NCBI GenBank assembly: GCA_963817955.1
Contig: CAWFQK010000009.1
Span: 64,001 to 128,000, forward strand
Reading direction: 5' to 3'
Source: an uncultured Gemmatimonadaceae bacterium
GTDB taxonomy: Bacteria; Gemmatimonadota; Gemmatimonadetes; Gemmatimonadales; Gemmatimonadaceae
Length of the DNA stretch: 64,000 nucleotides
In this document: positions 40,699 through 49,896 of the stretch, piece by piece
Layout of the letters: each line of letters opens with the position of its first letter
Numbering within the stretch: position 1 is the first letter of the stretch
The notes under the pieces: generated by a model
Told to the model about the DNA's origin: nothing
What the model saw: the letters and a program-made list of their open reading frames with translations, nothing else
Database searches by the model: none
Position numbers and translations under genes: made by a program

Positions 40699-40788
40699 GA
40701 TTCTCTCGGTGGGGGCGTGGCGAGAGGATACCACGCGAGGCGCGCGAGCGACAGGTCGCCGCGTTGGCGACATGACCCAGCAAACAGA

Positions 40789-40809
40789 CCCCCGGCCTGT
40801 GGCCGGGGG
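40789..40809 (-). terminator. Hairpin terminator downstream of the cupredoxin gene
   Basis: CCCCCGGCC-TGT-GGCCGGGGG, followed by TCTGTTT on the minus strand. Confidence 0.55.
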
Positions 40810-40833
40810 CGGTACGCGCAATCCGAGACGCGA

Positions 40834-41715
40834 TCAGCTGATGGTGAATTCCTTCACCATACCGTGCATCAGGTGCGGCTTACCGTCTTTGCTATCCGGT
40901 ACGAAGCAGACGAAGGCATAGTGACCGGCGGTGAGATCGACGGTCGTGAACTCCGGGGCCATGCCCGGCTCAACCGCTGTGATCCCGCCGATCGCATCCC
41001 CCGGCGGCGGCCCGTTCATCTTGTCGTACCACGCCTCCAAGTCCTTCACCGTTTTGCCCGGCGCAAAGCGGATGATCTCCATCTCGTGCATCTGCGGGCC
41101 CTTATTCGTGACCTCAATGGTGTGTTTGCCGCGCGTGAGCGCGCCCTTCAAGTCGAAGTTGTAATCGACGAGTGAAACCCTGACGTCGGCCTTGGGCAGC
41201 GCAGGCAGCGCCGCAACGGCGTTCGGGGCGGCGGTCACGGTGAATGGCCGTACCATGCCTTTGGCGAAGTGCGGCACATGCGCAGGGAAGTCAACCATGC
41301 AGATGAGCGCGTACCGGCCCGGTGTCAGCTTGAGCTCCGCGTCTGATTCGGCGCCCGGATTCGGCGCGTTTGGTCCACCGACGAACACGGCCCAGGCCGG
41401 CGGCGGTCCCGGGTTCTTCAATGCGGCCTCGAAATCCTGAACGGTCTTTCCACTGCCGAGACGGACGATCTGCAGATGGTGCAGGTTCGGACCATCATTC
41501 ACGAAGTGAAATGTGGTCCACCCTGCGCTGATGGAATCCGGCGCGTCGAATGCGAAGTCCTTGGCGTGGATCGTGGCGATGCGCGTCGCCGGGTCGAAGC
41601 TGGCTTGTGACACGCTGCCCGCGGCGGTGCCTGCGTTCTGGTTCGCGGTCCCCTTTGGGCTACACGCGCACAGGACAGCCGCCACGGCGAGGAGCGCCCC
41701 GAATGGTCGGTTCAT
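40834..41715 (-). CDS. Lipoprotein with two cupredoxin-like domains
   Basis: Lipobox LCAC; two repeats of N-x-G..H..G-x-Y-x3-C..PH-x3-GM. Confidence 0.75.
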   Translation of the reverse strand: MNRPFGALLAVAAVLCACSPKGTANQNAGTAAGSVSQASFDPATRIATIHAKDFAFDAPDSISAGWTTFHFVNDGPNLHHLQIVRLGSGKTVQDFEAALKNPGPPPAWAVFVGGPNAPNPGAESDAELKLTPGRYALICMVDFPAHVPHFAKGMVRPFTVTAAPNAVAALPALPKADVRVSLVDYNFDLKGALTRGKHTIEVTNKGPQMHEMEIIRFAPGKTVKDLEAWYDKMNGPPPGDAIGGITAVEPGMAPEFTTVDLTAGHYAFVCFVPDSKDGKPHLMHGMVKEFTIS

Positions 41716-41927
41716 GAAGCCTCTCGATGGTGTTGGTGAATTGCAGAGCGTGAACATGGGCATCTCTGCAAGAACAGAGCGCGGCTACCAGGCATTCGAC
41801 AGCCGCGCTCGTCGTGTACGCCGTGATGCCTATCCGAGCCGACCGGCGGGGCGACCGCTACGGAGCAGCCAGCGACATCCAGCCGGTCAACGTCCAGGAG
41901 TCGAATGTCCGCTTCACCGTCCGTGAT

Positions 41928-42629
41928 CTACGTGACGCTCACCAGATCCACGTACGCAAACCGTCCGTCTCTCAGTACTCGCTCGCCGACATCGTAGCAA
42001 ATGGGCGTCGTGAAGATCGGTCCGTCGGCAACAAAGGTGTGAAACTCCCCACGTTCCCCGCACGGATCGACCCCGGCTGGCAACTCTTCGAGCAATGCTT
42101 CGTCGAACGCGCGCCCCGAGAATGCGCCGTCGAGTTGCGTGGTATCGACGCATACGAGGCGCGCCTCGAATCCCGCCGCGATGAACTCGCGCGCCAGCGC
42201 GTCCGTCGGAGTCCCCCAAATCGGGAAGAGGCCGGCGAACCCGAGTGGGGCGAGGCGTTCCTCTCGATAACGGCGCACCTCCTCCAGGAAGAGATCTCCG
42301 TAGGCGATCCGTCTGACCGCGGGGTAGCGGCCGCGAAGTTCGCCGAGGGCCACCGCGACCGCGGCGTCGTATGTCGCGTTGTCGCACTGAGGCTGCAACA
42401 CGATCTCGTGTAAAGGCAGGCCGATCGACTGCGCCTGCGCGGTGAGCAGCGAGCGGCGAACACCATGGATGCTAATGCGGTCGTATCCTGCGGTGACCGC
42501 CGTCAGGAGCGCGACGACCTTGAATGATGCGTCGGCGCAAAGCGCCGCGAGGGCAAGAGCGCTATCCTTGCCGCCGCTCCAGCTCAGCACCACCTGTTCG
42601 GCGCCAGACGGCTCGGGGGGATGGTTCAT
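41928..42629 (-). CDS. PP-loop ATPase, diphthine-ammonia ligase (MJ0570)-like family
   Basis: SWSGGKDSA, HGVRRSLL, GDLFLEEVRRYRE, VDPCGERGEFHTFV. Confidence 0.88.
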   Translation of the reverse strand: MNHPPEPSGAEQVVLSWSGGKDSALALAALCADASFKVVALLTAVTAGYDRISIHGVRRSLLTAQAQSIGLPLHEIVLQPQCDNATYDAAVAVALGELRGRYPAVRRIAYGDLFLEEVRRYREERLAPLGFAGLFPIWGTPTDALAREFIAAGFEARLVCVDTTQLDGAFSGRAFDEALLEELPAGVDPCGERGEFHTFVADGPIFTTPICYDVGERVLRDGRFAYVDLVSVT

Positions 42630-42700
42630 GCGCGGAATATCACCATCCTGCCACTCGGTCACCACCGCCATTGGTTGCCGGCGGCGTGCGGTGCGGGTAT

Positions 42701-42720
42701 CATTCAGTTCATACTGAATG
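42701..42720. promoter_or_regulatory. Inverted-repeat operator upstream of the GbsR/MarR regulator
   Basis: CATTCAGT-TCAT-ACTGAATG, perfect 8-bp arms, AT-rich in a GC-rich background. Confidence 0.7.
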
Positions 42721-42774
42721 CTCTGAAAGTCGGGAGTGTGCAGGTGCGCCCGCAGTTCCCACAAGGAGTTTGGT

Positions 42775-43266
42775 ATGGACCGCGTCCAGCGGGAGTTCAT
42801 CGATCGGATGGGCCAGGCGGCCGAGACCGACGGCATGTCCCCGATCGCCAGCCGCCTGTTCGCGCTCCTGCTGTTGAGCGCCGAGCCGCGATCGCTCGAC
42901 GAGCTCGCCGATGAGCTCCAGGTCAGCAAGGCCAGCATCAGCACCGATGCCCGCCGCTTGCTCGAGCGCGGTGCGGTCGAGCGGGTCTCCCGGCCCGCCG
43001 ATCGCCGCGACTACTACCAACTCGCGCCCAACTTCTTTGCCGCCGTCATTCGCGCGCGCATTGCACGCTGGCGCCGCATTCAGGAAATCGCGGACGTGAT
43101 GCGCGAGACGACGCACTTGGCACCGGCGGTGCGTGAGCGGCTGGCGGAAATCGACGATGTCCACGCGGCGGTCATCGACCCGTTCGGCGAGGCGCTCACC
43201 GCGTGGGAGCAAAGCGCGCGACGCCGCTCGACGAAAGCGGCCGCGCGCCGTGGCCGCACGGCATAA
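42775..43266 (+). CDS. GbsR/MarR-family transcriptional regulator
   Basis: GMSPIASRLFALLLL..SLDELADELQVSKASISTDARRL..ADRRDYY; AAGGAG RBS. Confidence 0.88.
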   Translation: MDRVQREFIDRMGQAAETDGMSPIASRLFALLLLSAEPRSLDELADELQVSKASISTDARRLLERGAVERVSRPADRRDYYQLAPNFFAAVIRARIARWRRIQEIADVMRETTHLAPAVRERLAEIDDVHAAVIDPFGEALTAWEQSARRRSTKAAARRGRTA

Positions 43267-43277
43267 GGACAATTGTC

Positions 43278-44894
43278 GTGGCGCAGCCGGTAGCCCTCGA
43301 AGACGAGATCACCTCCGCCGAGCGGGGCGCCAGACCACCAATCCGGTCCGACGAAGGAGATCCGCATAAATACCTCATCGCATTTGCGGTCGTCCTCGCG
43401 TCGTTGATCCAGGTCATCGATAGTTCGATCGTCAACGTCGCCCTCCCGGACATGATGGGGAATCTCGGGGCCGGCCTCGACGAGATTGCCTGGGTTTCCA
43501 CGGGCTATATCCTGGCGAGCGTCATCATCATTCCGCTCACCGGGTGGCTGGGCTCGTTCTTTGGGCGCAAGCGCTATTTCGTCGGCTCCATCGTGTTGTT
43601 CACCGCGGCCAGCTTCATGTGCGGGGCGTCGCATTCGCTGGGCATGCTCGTGCTCTGGCGCATCGTCCAGGGACTTGGCGGCGGCGCGCTCATGACGGTC
43701 TCGCAGGCCGTGCTGTTCGAATCGTTTCCACGGCGCGAGGCCGGGACGGCAATGGCGCTGTTCGGCCTCGGTGTGATGGTTGGCCCCACCATTGGACCGA
43801 CGCTCGGTGGCTGGATTACCGACAACTACGGCTGGCCGTGGATCTTCTACATCAATCTGCCGGTCGGCGTGCTCGCTGCCATCATGATTGCGAGCTACGT
43901 GCACGATCCCGAGCACCAGAAGAAACCCCCGACCATCGACTACCAGGGCATTGCGCTGCTCGCCATGAGCGTTGGCGCGCTGCAGTACCTGCTCGAGCAC
44001 GGCCAGCGCGATGACTGGTTCGATTCGCGCCTCATCATCTGGCTCGCGGTCATTGGCGTCGTTGGCGGTGCCGTCTTGCTCTGGCGCGAGCTGACCACAG
44101 AGCATCCCGTGATCGACTTTCGCGTCATGAAGCACCGGCAGATGTGGGTCGGCACCATCCTCGGCGTCGTCATGGGCGTCGGCTTGTATGCGATGTCGTT
44201 CACCCTGCCGGTGTTTCTCCAGAATAATTTGCACATGACTGCCCAGCAAACGGGCATCGCGCTGCTGCCCGGAGCGCTCGCGACGGCCGTGTCCATGGCC
44301 GTCGTGGGACGACTGACGAATCGGTTTGATCCGCGTTTGCTGATCACGCTCGGCGCGCTCGTGTTCGCGGCGGCCGCCTGGGAATTGTCGCGCATCACCG
44401 GCCAGAGCGGGCGAGAAGACTTCTTCTGGCCGTTGATCCTCCGCGGGGTCGGACTGGGATTGATGTTCGTGCCGCTCACCACTGTGACCCTCGCCGAGCT
44501 GTCGCCGCGGGAGATGCCACAGGGGGCCGGCTTGTACAATTTCTTCCGTCAACTTGGCGGCTCATTCGGCATTGCCGGAATCGCGACCCTGCTCGGGCGC
44601 TACACGGTGCAGCTTCGCACGACGCTCGGCAATCATGTGTTGGTTGGCGACCCGATCGCCATGTCGCGTCTCAATTCGTTGACCGCCGGGATGATGGCGC
44701 GCGGCGCGGACGCCTGGACCGCTCGACAGCGCGCCTTGACCATCCTGGACCGCCAACTCCTGGGGCAGGCGAGCGTGATCGCGTACAGCCGTATTTATGT
44801 CCTGAGTGCGATGGTCATGCTTGCGCTCATACCCTTGCTGCTCCTCGTGCGGCAGACCAAAGGCTCGGGCGGCGGACAAGCGATCGTGGAGTGA
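43278..44894 (+). CDS. DHA2 (EmrB/QacA) MFS efflux permease
   Basis: IDSSIVNVALPDM, WVSTGYILA, RIVQGLGGG, GPTLGGWI..WPWIFYINLPVG, NFFRQLGGSFG. Confidence 0.92.
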   Translation: MAQPVALEDEITSAERGARPPIRSDEGDPHKYLIAFAVVLASLIQVIDSSIVNVALPDMMGNLGAGLDEIAWVSTGYILASVIIIPLTGWLGSFFGRKRYFVGSIVLFTAASFMCGASHSLGMLVLWRIVQGLGGGALMTVSQAVLFESFPRREAGTAMALFGLGVMVGPTIGPTLGGWITDNYGWPWIFYINLPVGVLAAIMIASYVHDPEHQKKPPTIDYQGIALLAMSVGALQYLLEHGQRDDWFDSRLIIWLAVIGVVGGAVLLWRELTTEHPVIDFRVMKHRQMWVGTILGVVMGVGLYAMSFTLPVFLQNNLHMTAQQTGIALLPGALATAVSMAVVGRLTNRFDPRLLITLGALVFAAAAWELSRITGQSGREDFFWPLILRGVGLGLMFVPLTTVTLAELSPREMPQGAGLYNFFRQLGGSFGIAGIATLLGRYTVQLRTTLGNHVLVGDPIAMSRLNSLTAGMMARGADAWTARQRALTILDRQLLGQASVIAYSRIYVLSAMVMLALIPLLLLVRQTKGSGGGQAIVE

Positions 44895-45000
44895 GTGCGC
44901 ATCCGCGATGACGCAGGATGTAGATAGGCAAACCTGCCTTGAGGGAGCCCTATCCGTGGCGTAGCTTCTCCGCGACTCGTCTCCCGCTGCCCGCCTCCAC

Positions 45001-45846
45001 ATGGACACTACATCGATCGAAATTCGCCCGCTCGTCACCCACGCCGAGATGCATGCGTGCGTCGAGTTGCAGCGCGATACGTGGGGCGACAGCTTCAGTG
45101 ACGTCGTGCCGATCAGCATTCTGCAGGTTTCGCAACGCATCGGCGGCGTAGCTGCCGGCGCCTTTGCCGAGTCGGGCGCGCTGCTCGGATTCGTATTTGG
45201 GCTGACCGGCGTCGAGCACGGTCGCGTCGTCCACTGGTCCGACATGTTGGCGGTGTGCCCGGCGGCGCGGAACATCGGATTGGGACGTCGCCTCAAGGAG
45301 CACCAACGCAGGGTAGTCCGTGAGCTCGGCGGCGCCGTGATTTACTGGACCTACGATCCCCTTGTGGCACGCAACGCCCATCTGAATTTCAACAGACTGG
45401 GCGTGCGGCTCACCGAGTATGTCCAGAACATGTACGGTATCACGGATAGCGCGTTGCACGGCGGTATCGCGACGGACCGTCTCATCGTTGCGTGGCCGAC
45501 GCACGACGACGAAATCGACAAACACCTTGCGGAGTCCAACCGCGCGCTCGCGTCGGCGGATTGCCAGCAGTCACCCATCGCGTCGGAATCATGGATCGCC
45601 GGCGCGTCGGGCGCCGCTATTCTTCCGCATTGCGTGCGTGTGCAGGTCCCGGCAAATGCGGAGCGTTTGATCGCGGAATCGCCCGGTGAAGCGGAAACCT
45701 GGCGGCATGCCGTGCGCACCGGCTTACAGTGGGGACTCGCAGCCGGCTACACGGTCGCGGCGTTTGCCGCGGACGACCGTTCCGGCGGCGGCTACTACCT
45801 GATGACCCGGGCATCGCGCACATCACAGACGCTCACGCGCTCATGA
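45001..45846 (+). CDS. GNAT-family acyltransferase (putative amino-acid N-succinyltransferase)
   Basis: HWSDMLAV, GLGRRLKEHQR, WTYDPLVARNAHLNFNRLG, TDRLIVAW; overlaps the NSAR/OSBS gene. Confidence 0.8.
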   Translation: MDTTSIEIRPLVTHAEMHACVELQRDTWGDSFSDVVPISILQVSQRIGGVAAGAFAESGALLGFVFGLTGVEHGRVVHWSDMLAVCPAARNIGLGRRLKEHQRRVVRELGGAVIYWTYDPLVARNAHLNFNRLGVRLTEYVQNMYGITDSALHGGIATDRLIVAWPTHDDEIDKHLAESNRALASADCQQSPIASESWIAGASGAAILPHCVRVQVPANAERLIAESPGEAETWRHAVRTGLQWGLAAGYTVAAFAADDRSGGGYYLMTRASRTSQTLTRS

Positions 45847-46973
45847 CCTTGCATATCGAACGAATCACCTGTCGGGAAATTCGGCTGCCGCTCAAGGAGC
45901 CGTTTCGTATCTCGTCCGGTGTGATCAGCGATCGGCGCATTTGCCTGCTCGAGCTGACCGACGCTGACGGCGTGATCGGATGGTCGGAATGCGTGGCTGG
46001 AGAAACCCCGAACTACAGTGCCGAGACGATCGATACCGCATGGCACGCGATGAAGGAGTGGCTCATTCCGCGAGTCATCGGCCGGGAGTTCGCGCGCCCT
46101 GACGATGTCTTCGCCGCGCTCGATGAGAACATCTGTGGCCACAACATGGCAAAGGCGGCGATCGAGATGGGCTGTTGGGACGTCGAGGCTCGCCGCCAGC
46201 AAGTGTCGTTGTCCCGGCTGCTCGGGGGCACGCGCGAGGCCGTTGCCACCGGAATATCGATTGGCATTCAGACGGACCCCAATGCGCTGGCGCAGCGCGC
46301 ACGACAGGCATACGACTTGGGCTACGGCAAGATCAAAGTGAAGATCAAACCGGGGGCGGACATCGACTATGTTCGCGCGGTCCGCACCGAGCTTGGTCCT
46401 GCGGTCCAGCTCATGGCCGACGCAAACTCCGCCTACACCCTCGCCGATGCCGATCATCTCGCCGGCCTCGATGCCTTTGATCTGATCATGATCGAGCAGC
46501 CGTTGGACCGCGACGACCTGCTGCGCCACGCCGAATTGCAGCGCCGGCTCTCGACGCCCATTTGCCTGGATGAGTCCATCATCAGCGTCGCCCGCGCCGA
46601 GGACATGATCGCGTTGCGCAGCGGTCGCATCATCAACATCAAGCCCGGGCGGGTCGGCGGTTTTATGGTTTCCAAAGGCATTCACGATCTTTGCGGACGT
46701 ACCGGAATTCCCGTCTGGTGCGGCGGCATGCTCGAAAGCGGTATTGGTCGTGCGCACAATGTGGCGCTTGCGTCGCTCCCGTTCTTCTCGCTTCCCGGCG
46801 ATCTGTCTCCAAGCGGGCGATACTGGGAGCGTGACATCGTGACACCGGAATGGACAATGGACGCCGCTGGCATGGTGCGTGTTCCAGTTGAGAGGCCGGG
46901 ATTTGGCGTGACAGTCGACGTCGATCGCGTGGAGGACCTCACAGTTCGACGCGAGTCGTTCGGGCAGCGGTAA
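45843..46973 (+). CDS. menC: NSAR/OSBS enolase-superfamily enzyme (o-succinylbenzoate synthase / N-succinylamino-acid racemase)
   Basis: KIKVKIKPG, MADANSAY, IEQPL, CLDESI, NIKPGRVGG, WCGGMLESGIGRAHN, LPGDLS. Confidence 0.9.
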   Translation: MTLHIERITCREIRLPLKEPFRISSGVISDRRICLLELTDADGVIGWSECVAGETPNYSAETIDTAWHAMKEWLIPRVIGREFARPDDVFAALDENICGHNMAKAAIEMGCWDVEARRQQVSLSRLLGGTREAVATGISIGIQTDPNALAQRARQAYDLGYGKIKVKIKPGADIDYVRAVRTELGPAVQLMADANSAYTLADADHLAGLDAFDLIMIEQPLDRDDLLRHAELQRRLSTPICLDESIISVARAEDMIALRSGRIINIKPGRVGGFMVSKGIHDLCGRTGIPVWCGGMLESGIGRAHNVALASLPFFSLPGDLSPSGRYWERDIVTPEWTMDAAGMVRVPVERPGFGVTVDVDRVEDLTVRRESFGQR

Positions 46974-47049
46974 CCTGACGACGTGCGGAACCTACCCCAT
47001 TGCCGGGGTAAGGATACCGTTCCCGCGCGCCCTTCCTCTTATTGAGGTC

Positions 47050-49338
47050 ATGTCCATTCGTCATCACACGCGCTGGTGGTCGTTCGCCCTTCTGGGCGGT
47101 ATGGGCACTCTTGTCGCGTGCAGGAACGATGGCATCGCGCCGTCGAATGCGCCGCCGGCTAACATCGAGGTAGCCGGTACGCTGTCGCGCACCGCGGTTG
47201 TTGGCGTGAGCATTCCCGGCGCGCTGGCCGTGAAAGTGACCGACGCCAACGGGCGGCCGGTGGTCAACACCGCCGTCGCTCTCGCTGTGACGCTCGGGAA
47301 CGGATCGACGAGTCCACGGGTTGCCCTCACTGACGCGAACGGGCTGGCGACGGCCATGTGGACACTCGGCACCATCGTAGGCGTCAACGAAGTCACGGCG
47401 AGCGTGACCGGCGTCGACGCACAGATCAAGTTCGAAGCGACCGGCACGGCTGGACCTGTCTCGACGATCGCGTTTGCGCCGCCAAGTGCCCGCCTGCTGG
47501 TCACCGTCGATTCCACCCGCATCACGGCGCAGAGCCTCGACTCGTTCGGCAATGTCACGTCGCCCGCGCCCACGTTCACGGTGCGCGATCCCACGTTGGT
47601 CTCTATCGACTCGCTCGGCGTCATTCGCGCGCTCAGGCGTGGAGCCGGCACGTACGTAATTGCCACGGCGGGAGCGACGAGGGACAGCGCCCTGGTCACC
47701 GTGCTCGCCCCGGGGCAATCCCCGTGTACCGCAGTCGCGAACCCCGTCGATCTCGCGATCGGTCAGGTCGTGACGGACGTCTCAGGCGTCGGTTTCTGTG
47801 TCCGCGGATCGACCGACAGCGCTGAGTTTGCCCTGATTCCGTACTACAACTCCGGCGTGCCGAGTGCGAGTGCGCAGATCGGGGTGCTCGGCCAGGGCCT
47901 TTCGCCCCTGCCGCTGCCGTCACCAGCCGCGCTGTACCCGTCGATGACGGTGCGTCCGGTGTTCCCGCCGCTCATTCCGGATGACGCGTTCGAATCACGC
48001 TTACGCGATCGCGAACGCATCGAGGCTGCCAAACGAATGCCTGGTGGCGTGCCGCTGAGCGCGCGCCGCGATTTCCTGCCAGGGAAAGCAACCACGCCTG
48101 TAGTGCCCGCGATCGGCGACGTGATGAAGCTCAACGTCAATGCGATGGACTTTTGCGACAACCCGGACTTCCGTCTCGGCCGCGTGGTGGCGATCAGCGA
48201 CAGGGCGATCGTCGTGGCTGATACGGCGAATCCGCCAGGCGGCTTCACCGCAGCGGAGTATCAGTCGATTGCCGTCACCTTCGACACGCTCGTCGACCCC
48301 GTGGATCGTGGTGCGTTCGGCTCTCCGACGGACATCGACAACAACGGCCACGTGATCATGTTCTTCACCCGCGCGGTGAACGAGATGACGCCCTCGGGCG
48401 CGAACAGCGTGGTCCTCGGCTTCTTCTATCAGCGAGACCTGTATCCCAAGACGGCCTCGCCGGGGCCATGCGCGGGCAGCAACACCGGCGAACTGTTCTA
48501 CCTCATGGTGCCGGATGCGGCTGGCGTCGTCAACCAGAATCCGCGGTCGAAGGCGCAAGTGGTGTCGTTTACGAATGGCACGGTAGCGCATGAGTATCAG
48601 CACCTGATCAATGCGTCGCGGCGCATGTACGTGAACGGGGGCGGCACGAACTTCGAGGAGAAATGGCTCGATGAAGGGCTGGCCCACACTGCGGAAGAGC
48701 TGAATTTCTTCCGTGCGTCCGGCCGGACGCCGCGCTCCAATATCGACGCATCCGCCTTTAACGATCCGAAGTTCCTTGACGCCTTCTCGACATTCGAGCT
48801 CAACAATTTTCGGCGATATCAGACTTACCTTGTGCTTCCCGAAACACAGTCGCCGATCGGCTTCGACATGTTTGACGACGATTTACCAACGCGCGGCGCC
48901 ATCTGGAATTTCTTGCGATTTGCCGCCGATCACCTGGCGGTGGGCCAGGAGAACACGTTCTGGTACAACCTCGTGAACTCCAAGACGTCGGGGATCGCGA
49001 ACCTGACGAGCGCGCTCGGCGTGGCGCCCAACTCGCTGCTGCGTGACTGGGTTGTGTCGGTGTTCCTCGACGACAACGCGCCGAATGTCGATCCTCGTTT
49101 TCAGCAGCCGAGCTGGAATCTGCGTAGCGCCCTCACGGGCAGCGGCGTATCGTTGGAGTATCCGCTGGCGACGCATATCCTCAGCGATAACGTGGTGTCG
49201 AGCACGACTCTCTGGGGCAACGCCGGGTCGTTCTTTCGTTTTTCGGTAGCGAAAGGACAGGAGGCGTTGCTGACTGTGACGTCTGGCGGCCAGACTCTGC
49301 CGTCGACGGTGCAGCTCGCTATTGTCCGTGTCCGCTAA
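47050..49338 (+). CDS. Lipoprotein with Ig-like domains and an HExxH zinc-metallopeptidase domain
   Basis: Lipobox LVAC; Ig-like VKVTDANGRPV..TDANGLA..WTLG; TVAHEYQHLIN..WLDEGLAH. Confidence 0.8.
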   Translation: MSIRHHTRWWSFALLGGMGTLVACRNDGIAPSNAPPANIEVAGTLSRTAVVGVSIPGALAVKVTDANGRPVVNTAVALAVTLGNGSTSPRVALTDANGLATAMWTLGTIVGVNEVTASVTGVDAQIKFEATGTAGPVSTIAFAPPSARLLVTVDSTRITAQSLDSFGNVTSPAPTFTVRDPTLVSIDSLGVIRALRRGAGTYVIATAGATRDSALVTVLAPGQSPCTAVANPVDLAIGQVVTDVSGVGFCVRGSTDSAEFALIPYYNSGVPSASAQIGVLGQGLSPLPLPSPAALYPSMTVRPVFPPLIPDDAFESRLRDRERIEAAKRMPGGVPLSARRDFLPGKATTPVVPAIGDVMKLNVNAMDFCDNPDFRLGRVVAISDRAIVVADTANPPGGFTAAEYQSIAVTFDTLVDPVDRGAFGSPTDIDNNGHVIMFFTRAVNEMTPSGANSVVLGFFYQRDLYPKTASPGPCAGSNTGELFYLMVPDAAGVVNQNPRSKAQVVSFTNGTVAHEYQHLINASRRMYVNGGGTNFEEKWLDEGLAHTAEELNFFRASGRTPRSNIDASAFNDPKFLDAFSTFELNNFRRYQTYLVLPETQSPIGFDMFDDDLPTRGAIWNFLRFAADHLAVGQENTFWYNLVNSKTSGIANLTSALGVAPNSLLRDWVVSVFLDDNAPNVDPRFQQPSWNLRSALTGSGVSLEYPLATHILSDNVVSSTTLWGNAGSFFRFSVAKGQEALLTVTSGGQTLPSTVQLAIVRVR

Positions 49339-49404
49339 TCGCAAATGCAAATCCTGCGCGGTCCGATTGGGCGACCGCGACATCTCAACACCTTTCCAAA
49401 CACC

Positions 49405-49863
49405 ATGAAACGCCTGCTTCTTCTCGCGACGGCACTCACGTTGGCCGGCTGCAACCTCAACACCAGTGCGCCACCCGCCGACAATCCGAGCGATCCGGCG
49501 ACGGAAACGTTTGCTTCGAGCCTGAACGTCAACATCTCGACGATGACGAAGACGCAGAATGGCGTCTATTATAGGGACCTAGTGGTCGGGTCCGGCGCGA
49601 CGCTCACCGGGTCACCATCGGTGTTGTTCACTTATGCCGGATTCCTCAAGACCGGCAGTCTGTTTGGGCAAGAGCAAATAACGACTCCAATGCCGCTGTC
49701 GGCGCTCGTGTTCGGCGTGCAGGAGGGCATGCAAGGCATGAAGGAGGGTGGTGAGCGCCTCATGGTGATTCCGTCTGCGCTCGGCTATGGACCCAATCAG
49801 GTCAGTACCATTCCGGCGAACTCGACGCTGATATTCGACATCCGGCTCGACCAGATCCCGTAG
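49405..49863 (+). CDS. FKBP-type peptidyl-prolyl isomerase lipoprotein
   Basis: Lipobox LAGC; GMKEGGERLMVIPSALGYG..IPANSTLIFDI. Confidence 0.9.
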   Translation: MKRLLLLATALTLAGCNLNTSAPPADNPSDPATETFASSLNVNISTMTKTQNGVYYRDLVVGSGATLTGSPSVLFTYAGFLKTGSLFGQEQITTPMPLSALVFGVQEGMQGMKEGGERLMVIPSALGYGPNQVSTIPANSTLIFDIRLDQIP

Positions 49864-49878
49864 CTTCGCGCTGACGCG

Positions 49879-49896
49879 CGAGACACGGGACACGAC
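49879..49896 (+). repeat. Short heptamer repeat remnant
   Basis: CGAGACA CGGGACA CGAC just before the ligase ATG. Confidence 0.5.
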
